Assembly (NCBI GenBank): GCA_012295275.1
Contig: CM022666.1
Coordinates: 11,408,001-11,472,000, forward strand
From: Chrysomallon squamiferum
Taxonomy: Eukaryota; Animalia; Mollusca
Reading direction: 5' to 3'
Length of the DNA stretch: 64,000 nucleotides
In this document: positions 12,608 through 27,000 of the stretch, piece after piece
Numbering within the stretch: position 1 is the first letter of the stretch
Layout of the letters: each line of letters opens with the position of its first letter
The notes under the pieces: generated by a model
Databases searched by the model: none
Seen by the model: the letters and a program-made list of their open reading frames with translations, nothing else
What the model was told of the DNA's origin: nothing
Translations under genes and position numbers: made by a program

Positions 12608-15600
12608 TCAGTTGTCTGAATCAGGATCTGCATCCACAAAACTCAACAGCATAGTTTCAATTTCTGCCTGTAACAATTAAAAAAATAATATTTGTGTCAA
12701 TTAATGCTGTGCAATTTCATTATGATTTTTAAAACCTCTTGGTTATTATGAAGTATTAAATCTTAGACTTGAAATCTGTATCTGTTAGCAGTAGCTGATA
12801 GTAATGCAGATAAGTCATAAAGGTTAGCATGGTAATGCACTAAAGATTTCTAAATCTAGGTATAAAAGTAGTTGAATTTTATTAGTTAATAAAATAAAAC
12901 GAATTTAAACTTACTGATGATTGTGTAGAAGCAGAAAGATCCCTGCCTCCTGCTGTCTTCACATCCTCTGCAGGATTGTGTCTGAAGTCTTCTTCAGAAC
13001 CCATACCATTGTGTTTATCAGAATGTAATTCTTGTGGTCTCTCTTCCAACACATCAACACTGTTGAAATAATTTTGTAAACCTTACATTCTACAAACCTA
13101 ATTTGTTGTCTTAATAGAAATTTATGTGGTCTGGTTATCAGAGTGAACACATTTTTTAAGGAAAACGATGTTTTATGGAGATTTTTTTCTTTCTCAGTAA
13201 TCTTCACCTTCAACATAAATTAATTAGGATTAGAATTTAACAGAAATTATAAAACCCACCTATTTCTAAGATTTTTTAATCTGTACTTCTTTTAGCCATT
13301 TATAAACCTTGTTGACCTGTGTGCTATGATGATTTTCATTACCTTTCTTTGTTAAATATGTCGCATTCTGCTAAATTATTCTTCTCACTATTGCATATGT
13401 CACCATCTACTGTCTGTTCTTCCATCTCCAGGTTCCTGCACATTTCTATTTCACAACCATCTTCAGTTTCTTCAACATGACCTGCATTTTCTGTTTCTTC
13501 ATTTTCAGTTTGTACTGAAACATCTTGTAAAGTTTTCAGATAAATAATCTTGCTATTGCCAGAGCTATGTGGTGAGTTTTGAACATTGTCATCTTTGTTT
13601 TCACCAAGTTCAGTTATCCTAGCATGGCGTTTGTCAAAACTGTCATTCTGTAATGAAATGTCATCATGTTTTTTATCATCGCTGTATGGTCTCTCAACAC
13701 TGATGCTGCACTCTGTCAGTGAAGGACCATGTAGTGATGGGCCTCGGGGATGAATAACACACTCACATATTGATATGGCTCTTTTGCAGAATACAAAAAC
13801 CTGTGAAAAGAAGATTAACTTTGGTGAATGCCAAATTTTAGTGTTATAAAATAGACTGAAAAATAATTTCAGCAAACGAAGTCTTGTTATCTTCAAATTT
13901 ATTTTATAAACAAGTAATTTTTGCTGTTTAAATAAAATAGGATTTAAACCTCTATACTGTCATCTTGTAAAGCTTGTCTGAAGAGGCTGGTAGAGATGTG
14001 TACTGGAGATGGGATGTTGGGATGAACAGTCAGTGTGCACGATAAAAGTGTTTGATACAAAACAAGTCTACAACTAGTTGACTCAAATGGAACTGGAAGC
14101 GTTGAACTTTGTTGAACTGATATAACTGTTGAAATGATGTTTTCAACAATATCCTGTATTTAAAAAAACAAAAAACAAATTAATGAAAAAGTAAATAGTT
14201 GTTACATATGTATCTTCTGACAAAAAACATCAAACACAGATTAAACCATTATAATCATATTTTGCTCTGCTTGAAACTAATAATCAGTATTATTAGAAGT
14301 AACAAAAAGCTGAATTAAGTTAAAATGCAGAAAATGTAATTTAATATTCTGGAATATTTTCACAAAATTCAGTGTGTTGATAAATAGTAGTTACTATCAC
14401 TGGATATTCAAGAAGTAGCAATGATAAAAACTTTACCTTTTGTGTTTTTTGCTTCCAAAACTGTCCAAATATATCCACAAGTAGAGTAAGTACTAGAAGG
14501 AAAGAAAGAAAAAAAAAAGAAAAGAAATTGATGGAATTAAATTTTAAAATTTTCAAAAGACAGATGAAAATATAAAATTTGAATAAGCTAAACAGAATGC
14601 TGTAAACTTTGGATATACTTTTATTATGAAGAGGATGTAACTCGGGTCTGAGTGGTCAAATAATTAAAGTTTGATTATTTTATTAAGAAAATGTAATCAT
14701 TCATCCGAGTTATTTCTGTAGATAAATTTTGCCTAATTGTTATTTACCTTTAAGAGCTATCACAGTAATTTCACAGTTGGCAACAGGATTAATCTTTTTC
14801 TGTAAACCAATACCTCTGTCCAAGTCCTCATACCCACCACCTTTGTGGGGCTTTTTGGCAGGAGCACCATCTAGCTGAAATGATTTTTTAAAAATATGCA
14901 TAATTTCTTCATATATTAAATTATGAAAGAAATTAATTACAACACTGTAACACATCTAACACTATGTTCATAACATTTACAATGGCAGTATGTCAGCATT
15001 TTTCAAAATGAAATGTCATTTAACAAAATATAGTATTATATATTGGAATGGTTCCCTGTACTTGAAATGTCTCAGCAAGTCTTACCTTCCTTACATCTGT
15101 AACAGGAACAACATCATGAAGAATTTCTTTCACCAAGTCATTTCCATCATTAATCAGATTTGTCCCATATCCAAGAACCTGAAGCCAAAGTAACAATCCA
15201 GAGTATGTACTTTTCCTCACAGACCTGTAAAAGTTTATTTATGGCCATGTAGTAATTATTACTGTCTGAAGAAGTTCTTAATATTATCCGTAATATGATT
15301 TTTATCAGAAGTTTCAAATAATTACATTCTCTTCCAAGCACAGAAATTCAAACTGTTACAGTATTTTCCAATCAGAGTGGTTACATTATATATTTTCATA
15401 AAATAAATTTACCAAACAAATTCCTGTTTTAAAACATGAATTACATTATTATAACAGGAAATAAAATGAAAATGCATAAAATATTCATTTTAATTGTGTT
15501 ATGCATAGCTATTATAGAATATACATTAATGGGTAATCTTGTCTGTATGTGCAACTGTCCCAGTGAGTTGAAAATAAAGTCTGTAGGAAGAGTTTGTTGA

Positions 15601-15779
15601 CTACTTCACAGTGAGGCAGTAGTTTTTGTCTAACACTGCAAATTAAACAAAAATAAAATTATTATAATAATTTCTTTTATCAAATTTTGTGTTATTTATA
15701 ACAAAAATATAATATGTTTTAAATTAGTTGTTCATAAATATTACACTGGTAGCACTAGTTTTATAATGTATATCAACAG

Positions 15780-15812
<33 letters not shown>

Positions 15813-15821
15813 CAGTAATAA

Positions 15822-15852
<31 letters not shown>

Positions 15853-18800
15853 TAGTAATAACAATAATAATAAATTATAGTAATAAAATAAAAATTAATT
15901 ATAAATTATTTCAGTTTTAGCTGAGTACTTTTTAAATAAAACCAACCTTTGAATGAGACTGGCCAGTACAGACAAGACGCTGTTCTGTAAAAATGGCAGT
16001 CTAGCTAACAGCCATATTTTTGTTGTGGTAGGCCTGGATAACTGTTGAAGGACAAATTTATGTTTAAAAAATGAAAAATCACTTCTGATTATATAAAAAA
16101 AAATTTTTTATAAAGAAAACAAATTTATTTATGTATCACCAAGCAACTTATTTTATCATTGCCATTCTCTAGAGCCATTTTATTATAGTGGTAAACATTT
16201 GAGTGATTTTTTTTTTTCCTATTGACTATCCTTCTTAGCAGTATCTCTTAAAACATTTTATTGTCACGAGCTATAATGTGTGAAAAAGGCAACAAATTAA
16301 AAGTAAAGTAGAAGTAAAATAAAAAACCAAAATACAAATTATAGTGCAACGTAACAATTGACAGTAATGTAGAGTTGTTTAATTATAACATTCGAACGTG
16401 GAGTTCCAGAAAATTCCTGATTCTTTTACACTTTTAACTTGGTGGGAATTTAGTAAACTAAAATTTGGAACAATTAAACAATTAAAGTTATTTTTGGGCT
16501 CAATTTGTTTATTTACCTTTCTTGCTCTTGTCACACTATTTTTAGACTTAAATGCATACTTCAAAATGAGTACACTTGTATTTAACAAAAGTAAACACTC
16601 AAAAAATCATCATTCTAGCAACAATATACCAAAATATGAGAGCCTATTTATTAGGTTAACTGAAATGAACACATCTATAATAGTAACAAAAATATTTGGT
16701 TTATGAATTTTTAAAACTCTTGTAACACATTTTTTTTTTTTGCCCATTAATTCAACTTGTTATTAATAGCAACTTACCAAAATGTTTTTATTAACAGCTA
16801 AACAGTGACTGACAGTTTGCAGGATATTCTCCAATGGCACTCCAACTACAGCTGGGAAAGGCTCACTGTAAATGAATCACAATTTTGCATTTGCCAAAAC
16901 AAAATAGTACATTTTTCAAATTTGTAAAATAACATTTATAAAATAAACTTCAGTACTTTCAATTATGTTTAATCTGCTGAAGTTTTATAATACAAATGTT
17001 TATTATATCTGTAACTGGACAAAAGTTGCATTACTTTTTCAAATTTTAATTTGTTTTTATTGACATCCACAAAACTTTTCTACAATAAATTATTAACAAC
17101 AAATGTTTTTACCATTTTAATTATCAGTGTTAATAAAGAAATGTTACCTTAAAAGTGCCTCCAAACAGTGTGAAAGAATTTGAAAATGTTTTGTTAGATA
17201 TCTGCCTCGTTCAGGCTCCAAATCAGGACAGATAATTGATATTTTCTCAGTTTTATTTAAACCAGAATCTGAAACAATAAACCAGTGATGTTTTAATTTC
17301 TGTGCTACATTAGTTTCAACTGAGATAGTGTTTACTTTTCTACCATTAGAATTAATTTTGCTGTTTTTTTTAATATCTAAACTGTCCAATTAGTCATTAA
17401 TATTTAATATGAGAAAAGGTCAAGGTAATGATACTGAAAAAAACATAAGAACTGTGAACTGCCTAACTTGAAAACAGAAACAGATTTTAAAATAAATAAA
17501 TTAAAAAACATTTAAAATCTACTACTGAGTTTATTAATTTTGATTAAGGAAGTTAGAATTTCATAAAATATGCTTAAATAGTTGGTTTTTGTTCTAATTA
17601 TAAGCAATACAAGATTTCTGCATTTTGTATATGCTGGAATACATACTACTGTTACCACTGTAAACTCACCCATTTCTAAACCTTCATACAACAAGAGCAA
17701 AGTCATCTTCAGTTCAAGTAAGAGTTTGTTGCAAAGTTCAGTCCAGCCTACACTGAATTTCACTCCATGACTGCCTCCACTGCCACATCTTGGAAGTAAA
17801 ACTAAACAGGAAATCACATTCTGAAAGAGCAAAACAACAAGCAAACACAAAAATTAGTTACAAATTTATTAAATAAGTTTTAATGTTTTTAGCTATATAT
17901 TAAAAAAAAAATTAACAGGATAAAAAAATAATTAAAAAGTTGAAAATATAATATTAAAAATTGCTGTTCTGGTTCAGATGCTCTGGAATTCACACAGCTA
18001 CAACAAAACTCTGTATGAAGCAACATTTAGCTGCAGAAAATTTCTCTAGTAAAATGAAAATACAAAAGTGAGTATTTCTTATTTAATAACATAATATAAA
18101 TGTACTTTAACAAACCTGCTGGCTTGTATTCTCTGACAGTTCCTTCCAAATAAGACTTTCCAACTTACTCTGAAATTAAATGTAACAATCCACATGCCAC
18201 CATTAAGATAATTCCTGTGGCCTAATTATTCACATCTGGTAAGTGAAAACAATATTGTTACATAACAATAATTGTTATCAGATCATCAGGAAATATTTCT
18301 ATATATCATTTGATAAGAATTATATAATTAAATATAAACGTTTTATATTATACCTAAAATTACATTTCATTTTCAAATGTTCCATCTGTACCATTTTTTG
18401 AAATGGGCCAGATCTTTTATTTATATAACTAAAAAAAAAATAGCTTTAACACTTCATCACTGACTATAAGCTGGTAACCACTATCATTATATACCAAAGC
18501 AAATCAGAATATACAGCTCATATACCTAGTACACATCTAATTTTATATTAATTTAGTAAGTTAATGAAAATAATATATATCTTAATTAGAAAAACTGATT
18601 GTATTAATTATACAGTTTTAGAAAAGAGACATGATTATAAAGTATAACAGCCACTAAAAGTATTTACTGCTCACTTTGAATACACCACTTGCACCTGGGA
18701 AATTCTTAATACATATCCCCATACATGTTAGAGCAGCCTGCCTCCACTGAAACAGTAAATAACACAAATCAGTTTTAACAATGAAATATCAGCTCTGGAA

Positions 18801-20576
18801 GGAAACAAAATAATTAAACATTCTATCATTTTTTTTTAACCACAAATAAACAAGTAACTTCGATGAATTATTCAGATACTCAATTTGAAACACATAGCCA
18901 TACATAAACCATCAGAAAAAAAAAAAACCTACCTCCACAGTGGCATCTAGCAACAAAGGAAATAACTTTGGAACAACTGAGTTTGCTGCATCTCTTGAAA
19001 GTTCTGGGAAAGATGAGATTGTTTCTAGTATAACTGATAGAATATGACTGGTTGTTTGATATAAAACCACTGAATCATGTGACTGCAAAATGTGAAGAAA
19101 AAAACCATTTAAAATACTACTAGATCAAAAATAGTTTTAACAGTTTTCATAATTAACACTGGTCAATTATTTCCACAATAACAAATATAAAATAAAATAA
19201 AATAATAGTAATAATAAATAAAATTAAATACATCAATTATTTGATTACAAAATACTTTGACAAAACTGTTTATACAGTTCATGATTAAAGATACTATATT
19301 ATCTGAGAATAATTCTTCTTTATAAATAACTCAAACAATTTGGTTAAGTCAAACAATTTCATGTTGTGCTTACTTGAAGGATCTGAATCAGTAAATTAAT
19401 CCATGTACGAACATGACGGAGAAACACTTCTGTGCAACACTGCTCCACTAGTTCTTTCAGTAAAGCAAGACCATATTTTCTGAAATGAGAACAAATTTAA
19501 ATTAGAAAAATATTCAGTGGAGTTATTATTATTTATTAATTCATTTTAAAAAAATATAAAAATTAAAATTAAAAAATCGATTTTATAGTTCTGTATCAAG
19601 TCCAGCCTTTGGGTTATTATGGCACTATGCATTTTAATGTGAAAAATATCAGATCCTTTTCTGAGTTGCTGACAGTACAGAGTACTGGAAATTTCCTTTG
19701 TCAATTCTTTTTCACAGTTTGATACCCCAACATTAAGCATTAATAATAAGACAATCTGAGTCTACTCAAGGAATTTTCTGATTTTTTGATATTTATTTTC
19801 AAGATCTCAAATACATTAGGTGGCACCCTAGCACAACTGCCAGAGTTGCTGATACCAACCTGTATTATGTATAAAACTGAAAAAATTATAAATGTAGTTT
19901 ACTATTTAACTAGTTTTTATAACTGATTTTTATGAGTGCATAATGTGTTTACAATAAAGTGGTTAATCGTATAATCCTTGAAATTTAAAAAACAAAAAAC
20001 AAATGTATGTGTTTACCCATATGCAAGTTCTGAAAACAAGACAATAATTAGCCAATTTATGATATGCTTACCTTGTTTTAGAAGCACCCAAATACTGGTT
20101 AATGGATTTTACAACATTTTCCAGAGAAGGCAAATTCTGAAATATGTAAACACAATAAGTGACAATTACTCAGTTTACTGTCACAACTGTTAGTACTACC
20201 TAAAAAGTTATTTTAATTGGTACAGAAAAAACTATTTTAAAAGAACACATGATTATGGCATTACAATACATTCTTTATGTATGTTAATTCAGTATCATTC
20301 CTTGAATAATAAATTAATAAACGTCAATGATGATACTACTACTAGGTTTAACGAGAAATTAATTAGATGACAATGAGGACTGATCCCGAATCCTATCACA
20401 CCTCGATCAAGAGACATTATTGTGACCACGTTTATTTGTTAATTATAAGTACAGTTAATTACATTTCCACTAAATAATTGGTGTTCTCTTATTATAGGAA
20501 TAAAATCGATGCTTGGCTTATCGTTATCCTTGTCAAACGTTAAACATGACAACACGTGCTTCTTGTATTCATCCAT
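12608..20576 (-). CDS. PELP1: PELP1/Rix1 homolog (rixosome scaffold), 18 coding exons
   Basis: Phase-consistent exons 20576-20463, 20136-20072, 19479-19374, 19082-18933, 18746-18675, 18169-18116, 17820-17670, 17268-17148, 16865-16778, 16041-15947, 15635-15525, 15224-15086, 14874-14748, 14492-14437, 14153-13950, 13800-13343, 13059-12915, 12667-12608. Motifs include GLALLKELVEQC.TEVFL.HV.TW, FPELSR, FPGASG, SCRLVLYQTLL...PSP...LQDDSIEV..FC..A...C..VIHPR, an acidic tail, and terminal MLLSFVDADPD*. Confidence 0.9.
18279..18404 (+). repeat. Dispersed ~120-bp repeat, copy 1 (PELP1 intron)
   Basis: CAGATCATCAGGAAATA.TTCTATATATCATTTGAT...AAAATTACATTTCATTTT.AAAT.TTCCAT..TTTTTTGAAAT, closely similar to 22434-22549. 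Confidence 0.8.
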
Positions 20577-21063
20577 ATTCACGACTGGTTTCCACAGCAG
20601 GTTTCGGGAGAACAAGTCGTTGTTGATTGGTTTACATCCATTACATAAGTATTCCGGGAAAGATAATTCGCAAACGTAATGCAGTATTTAGTTAAAATGC
20701 TTCTTCGTTTTCATTTTATATATTAGATTGATTAGATTGTTACTGTGCTTCTTTCTTTTTTCATTTCAATGAAAATTTGGAAATCCTGTTTTCTAAGTTT
20801 TTGCTGTAGCTTATGCTGTTCGTGGATAAAATACATAAACAATTAAATTTAAAACATTATTTATAATATTAATTATTATGTCATTAGTTATACCACTCGC
20901 AAAATAATAAATAAAACCATTAAAATTAAAATTTTAGCGTAGATGTTGGTGCTTATTATCTAGATAATTGACAACAGCCCATTGATATAAATTACTGAAT
21001 GCATCAAAAAGCATTTTACCTATACCTTTGACTTTGTTGAGATATTGATACATTTTTAGAGTC
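20577..21063. promoter_or_regulatory. Bidirectional promoter/5' region shared by PELP1 and WRAP53
   Basis: Divergent ATGs are 487 bp apart in a CpG-enriched stretch, with a reverse CCAAT box (GATTGG ~20625). The WRAP53 ATG follows an acceptor (TTTTTAG 21053-21059), implying a non-coding first exon (candidate donor GTAATG at 20676). Confidence 0.6.
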
Positions 21064-24000
21064 ATGGATAAGCCATCCTCAGAGACTCAAACTGTCATAG
21101 GGCAGATGAAGGATATTACTGGCAGTGACACATCACTGACATACAGTCAACCATCCACCCAGGATATCATTGAAAATATTGATAACATTATTTCAAGTGA
21201 TTCTTCAGCAGAACTGAATATAAATAAAGATGTGACATCTGTTGGAACAGAAAAACAAGATTCTCATGTGACACACATTAAACAGCTATTCACAGGTAGA
21301 AAAGAAATAAAGTTGTGTTCAGATAAACATATCTGTGAAGAAATGATTTCTGCAGACTTGATGAATTCAGCCAATACATCAGTAGTTAACATCAACCAGA
21401 CTAAAAGACATGCAGATGAAGAGGTTTGTGAATTTTCATCAAAAATCCTAAAGTTTGTTCCTGAAAACAAAACGGATAAAGTAGAGCAGTCTGCAGAAGA
21501 ATTGGAAGTAGTGTATTCCGAGAAACATGAATGCATGGAACCAGAGTTTAGTAATGAAACATCAACATCAGAATATGACACATTAGAAAATAAAGTTAAA
21601 AATTATAATAAAAATTCTGATGATAGTGTTTTTATGAAGATGGAACAAAAAAAGTCTAACAATGAAGATGCCAGAGTTTGTAACTTTGAAGAAATGCAAG
21701 AAAAGCAATGTAAACAGACACCAAAGAAAACTGGATCTATGTTTGATGAAAACACCCAGGAATACATTAGCACAAAAAACACACAGGAAACTGTTCCATC
21801 CTTAGTGAAGTCTCATTTTAATGAAGTGGTTAAACATGAAACAGAAGAAGATTTGTGTGTTGAGTAAGAATACTTTTTTTAACATCTTGCTATCAGACCA
21901 TATCATTTTATCAATCATAATTGTCCCATGATGTCAGTTGATGAATTTGTTTATGTTGCAGATTTTAAATGTACAAATTTAAACCAAATGTATTTTAAAT
22001 GATAAAAATCAAACATAAATGATATTAATAAAATATATTTTTATGAATAGAAGTCGGAACCCAGACAAAACAGTTTAAATATTATGAATGTTGAGTTGAC
22101 AGTTTCAAAATCTCTAAGTCAGAGCGAATTTTGATTGTTGAAAAATCTTATTATTTCAGGTATTTCTCAGAAGACAGTTTTATGAGTAAACCTAACTGTG
22201 CTGCAGGAGCCTGGACTGACTTTGACAGCTTGGAAGACAATTACCTCAGAGGCTGTAAATGGTAGGTTGTAACTGACACAAACATCTTTTAGTTTTTCAG
22301 TTACACAATTTTAAATTGATGTGGCAACATCAAATTACAAAATACTTTTATAAGCAACAGTTTACTATTTATGGAATTTTGTTTTTATATTAATATTAAT
22401 CTTTTTTTGAATTTGATTGCATTAAACCATTGCCAGATCATCAGGAAATAATTCTATATATCATTTGATTAGAAATAAATAATTAAATATAAACTTTTTA
22501 TATTATACTAAAATTACATTTCATTTTTAAATATTCCATTTTTTGAAATTATTTTCATTTCAAAACCAATTTATCAAAGATATATTTTTCCACCTTATTC
22601 TATGAAAAAATCTGTGCTCAGTTTTATTTTATGTTAATTTCGGATTTGTGAAAACAATTTGTTAATTTAGCAGAATGTCCTTTTTTAGTTTTTTTAATGA
22701 AAAGTAGCTTAAATTTAATATTTAAAACAGATATGTTAATCAAATGAAGATGATTATTTTGTTGAAATTTTTATGCAGGTCCCCAGATGGAACATGTATC
22801 TTGACTAACAGCAACGACAACTGTTTGAGAATATTTAATTTGCCTGAAATATTTTATTCTCCAGACAGTTGTCACAGCAATACAGATGTGACAGAAATTG
22901 TAATTATGTTTTGTTTCAAATTTAAATAACTGTTATCTTTCACATATTATTTATTTGGTTTCCAAATATTTTGAATGACAGCATTAATTTGCAGTCTTCG
23001 CATTTGTTTCAAGACAAATAAATTATACATGTAACCTAATTATTGCCGATTTGTGTTTGGACATTTTTGTAAAAATAGAAAATAATTTGCTTGTTGATTT
23101 TTAAAAAATGACTTTAGAATTGATATGAAATAATGAAAATGTTAAATAATCTTATTTGTATTTTTAAAATCTATTCTTACATGTAGCCTGGATTAACTGT
23201 TGTTTCAGCATTCAGTACTGAAGATGAAAGAAAGTGAACTTGTGTATGATTATTGCTGGTTTCCTCTCATGAGATCTTCTGATCCAGCCACTTGTTGGTA
23301 ACTGCTTGATAATTACAATTCTTAATTCCTTTTGTTACACCTTTTAATTTGTATTAATTTGTAAAATTAAGCTGAATTTTCCATTTAAAATGCCACTGTT
23401 GTAATTATATATTTATTAAAATTAAAAACAACATTGATAAATGTGTAATTTGTATTTTGAAGTCTTGCAAGTACCACTCGTGACACACCCGTTCATTTGT
23501 GGGATGCATTTTCTGGAGAACTTCGATGCAGCTATCGGGCTTTCAACCAGATGGTGAGTGAAATTACACCATGCATTAGAACTATCAGTGTAGTGTTAGT
23601 ATGTGTTCTCGAGTTCATGTTTAATTATTTACTCTAATCAAATATAAAAATTATGATGTCATATGCAAACATTCATATTTTTAATAACATCTTACTTCAG
23701 AGAGAAAGAAATTATGAACATTTTCTGCTGTTATATGAAAATTTGTAATATGCCTTGAAGAAAATGTAAAACTAAGGCATTCTTTTTCTTTTAAAAACAT
23801 TTCTAGGATGAAGTTGTAGCTGCACACAGTTTAGCATTCAGTTTAGATGGACAAAAACTCTACACAGGTTTCAATAAGATTATTCGTGTTTTTGATGTTT
23901 CGCAGCCTGGTCGAGAATGCCAGTCAAGACTAACACACAGTGAGTATGTCAAAAACAACAAACCTTCTTTCTTCACAGTAAATTCTGCCTACTTCAAATT

Positions 24001-27000
24001 AAAACAATTAACTTTTTATATAGATATAACTAAAACAAATAAGAAGGCAAAATTACAATCCACCACTTATTAAAAAGCACATTGTTTTTTTATTATTATA
24101 CATATATTTCATATTTCTTAGTAATTCAGCAGCATTATAACAGCAAAAACTAAACTAAGCAAATGCTAATTTTCACCGACTTTTAACTGATATTATCATA
24201 AAATTATAGTAACCCTTTATTAGAAACACAGTTTTATTAACCATTTATATTGCCTTTATTGTAATGACGTTACAGAAAAACATGGACAACCTGGCATTAT
24301 CTCATGTTTTTCAATGTGTCCATTACCATCTCGTCTATATGCAGCTGGATCATATTCAAGAGCAAGTAAGTTAATTTTCTGTACAAAATTATTAATATTC
24401 ATTATTAATAAATGTGGACATGTACATAATAAATTTCTGTATTTTGTATTATTATTTTTAAATGTACAAAATTATTAAAACAATTTAGAAATACAAAATA
24501 GTTGATTTAAGTCTATAGATCTTACTAATTAATCATTGTTATTCACTGAAGATAATATTGGTAAATGTTAGTTTATTGAATGTTATGTTAAAAGTTAGAA
24601 ATAGCTATTAATATGTACTATTGCTCATTGTAACATACAATTTTACTAAGACTTCAAATGGCAGATTTTTACTTTATTTTTGTTTAGTTGCACTGTATGA
24701 TGACAGATCGGCTGATATGGTTTGCATGTTTAAAGGTCAGCAAGGTGGAGTAACTCACATCATGTTTTCACCAGACGGGACGAAACTATACAGTGGTGGC
24801 AGAAAGGTAGATTAAAACCATACAGTGATAATCTGTTATTATTTACATAAAGAGCAACAGTCACAAAAAACATATCTAACTTATATCTACTCTTACATGC
24901 AGGAAGCCTAAACATTTTTGTTCTGATCTGATGAATGGTTTTTATATTTAAAAAATTAAACTGCTCTGACCTTACTCTGGAAGAAGTATCTGGTTCACTG
25001 CTGTTATGATATGAACCTTTAATGTGTAACCTAGATTATGATGTGGATTTGATAATTTAACTTAACTTTCAAAGAATTGAAAATTAAAGGTAATGTTTGT
25101 CTGTCTAGATGAAGCCAGCAGTGTCATATCCAGGTGCCTTTTTAGAAAATGGTCATGAAAACCTTTCATGCAAGTAATGAGAAAATAGCTAATTTCATAT
25201 GGTATGGATTCATTCCAATTAATAACTGGGAAATGACCAGCCTGATTTTCATGTTTATGATTATTGTGACCTTGTATTAAAATCTGTGGTTAATCAAAAT
25301 TGAGGAAGCTTGTCCTCTCCGTTCCAGGGATTCCATTCACTGATAATGGTGATAGCAACTTTTTCTTCATCTTCTCTTTGGATGGCCATTTCCAAGTGGA
25401 GCCAGCTTAGTTCATAATGGTTGCTTCATAATTCATACAGACTCATCTGTAGGCAAATTAATTTTCTCAGTAACCATCACCAAAGAGAAGTACATTCTGC
25501 ATCTGTCATGTAGTGGTAGTCAGTGAAACTTGTAGAAAAACTTATTACACTCCAATTCAAATCGCGTAATGTCAGGACTAATTGACATATTTCTTAACTT
25601 TGCCTTGTCTAGTAATAAAGGAATTAGAAATACATGATTACAGTTCTTCATCTCACATAAACCTTTAGATTATTTTGTGATGGGTGGTGCTTTAAATCCA
25701 GTTTTTGGCTATCTATTTTCAGAAAATATTTTATGCTTCAGTATTCTTTAAACCGATGCTACTGACACTATAAATTAAGTGGAATGAAATCACTTAATGT
25801 TCCTATTTTAGGATAGTTTACTGCCTTGAAGTTATTCAGTACAAAATGAGTTGTCTAGAATTTTCAGGCTTTCAGTGAATTTGTGAATAAATTTTGAAAC
25901 TTTGTATAATGAAATAGTAGAATTTAATTTTTTCTTTTATCTTAACTCATGGAATTGCCTGGGTTATTTTCATTCGCACAGTCAATAAGATGAATAGCCA
26001 TTTGAATATGATTGTTATTGTATATTCTGGCTCAAACTGATAAGACATTCTCAGCCTCATCCTGATGAATTAAGTACCATTTGAATACCAGGACCAAAAA
26101 AAAAAAAAAAATGTCTTATAGATTAAAACAAACAACTGTCAAACAAGAATTGTTTTCAGAAGAATTGCCTGCAGTAAGCACTGTTCTATGTATAGACTAA
26201 ATGAAAACACTCTGTCTGAGCTGAATTACTTTTTCACTGGGGTAGTTCAGAAAAACCAGTTGTTATAAATTAACTAATAATTATTGAAATTACAAATTTC
26301 CTTGTAGATAGTTGAAAAATGAATATGCCTTGTTTATTGTTCTTTAGATTATCTGATTGAACCAGTAGAGATCATATATTAATACTTGCTTTTACACTAA
26401 TTTTTAATTGTTCCTGTTGGTAAAATATAAATTATATATATTAAATATGAATTTTATGTTATACATGTTGTTAATGTGGGGTTTTTTTTCATATTAAAGG
26501 ATCCAGAAATTTTGTGTTGGGATTTGCGTAATCCTGGTCAGATTTTGTTTGTTGCTCTGCGAGAAGTTGTTACAAATCAGCGAATATACTTTGATCTTGA
26601 CAGGTATTGTATTTAATATTATTGTTACATTATGCAAATATCTTAAGATTAAGAAAAATAAAGTTTTAACCTTTATTTGTAAACTATTATTGTAAAAAAC
26701 ATTTTGTAAAATTATAATTAAGCAGAAAGAATATGATTAGCATCATATCTCATGTTATAAATATTTAAACAGCTGTTTTATAAAATATATATTAGTTCTA
26801 ATATGTGCACACACATTTATACACACACACACAGAAAATGTTTTGCTGTGTATGAAATATAAAGGAATTCATATTTAAACTTAAATGCTGTTTCTCTGGT
26901 TATATCCTTATAGTCCTAAGAATTTTGGAAGAAAGATCCTCAAAATGTCCAGATTATTTGTGTGTGTGTGTGTGTGTTTTGTTTACACATACATAAACTG

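Noticed and set aside
12959-13216. 85-aa minus ORF as a PELP1 exon
   Set aside because: Wrong frame; the acceptor at 13060 gives the acidic frame that joins the conserved terminal exon.
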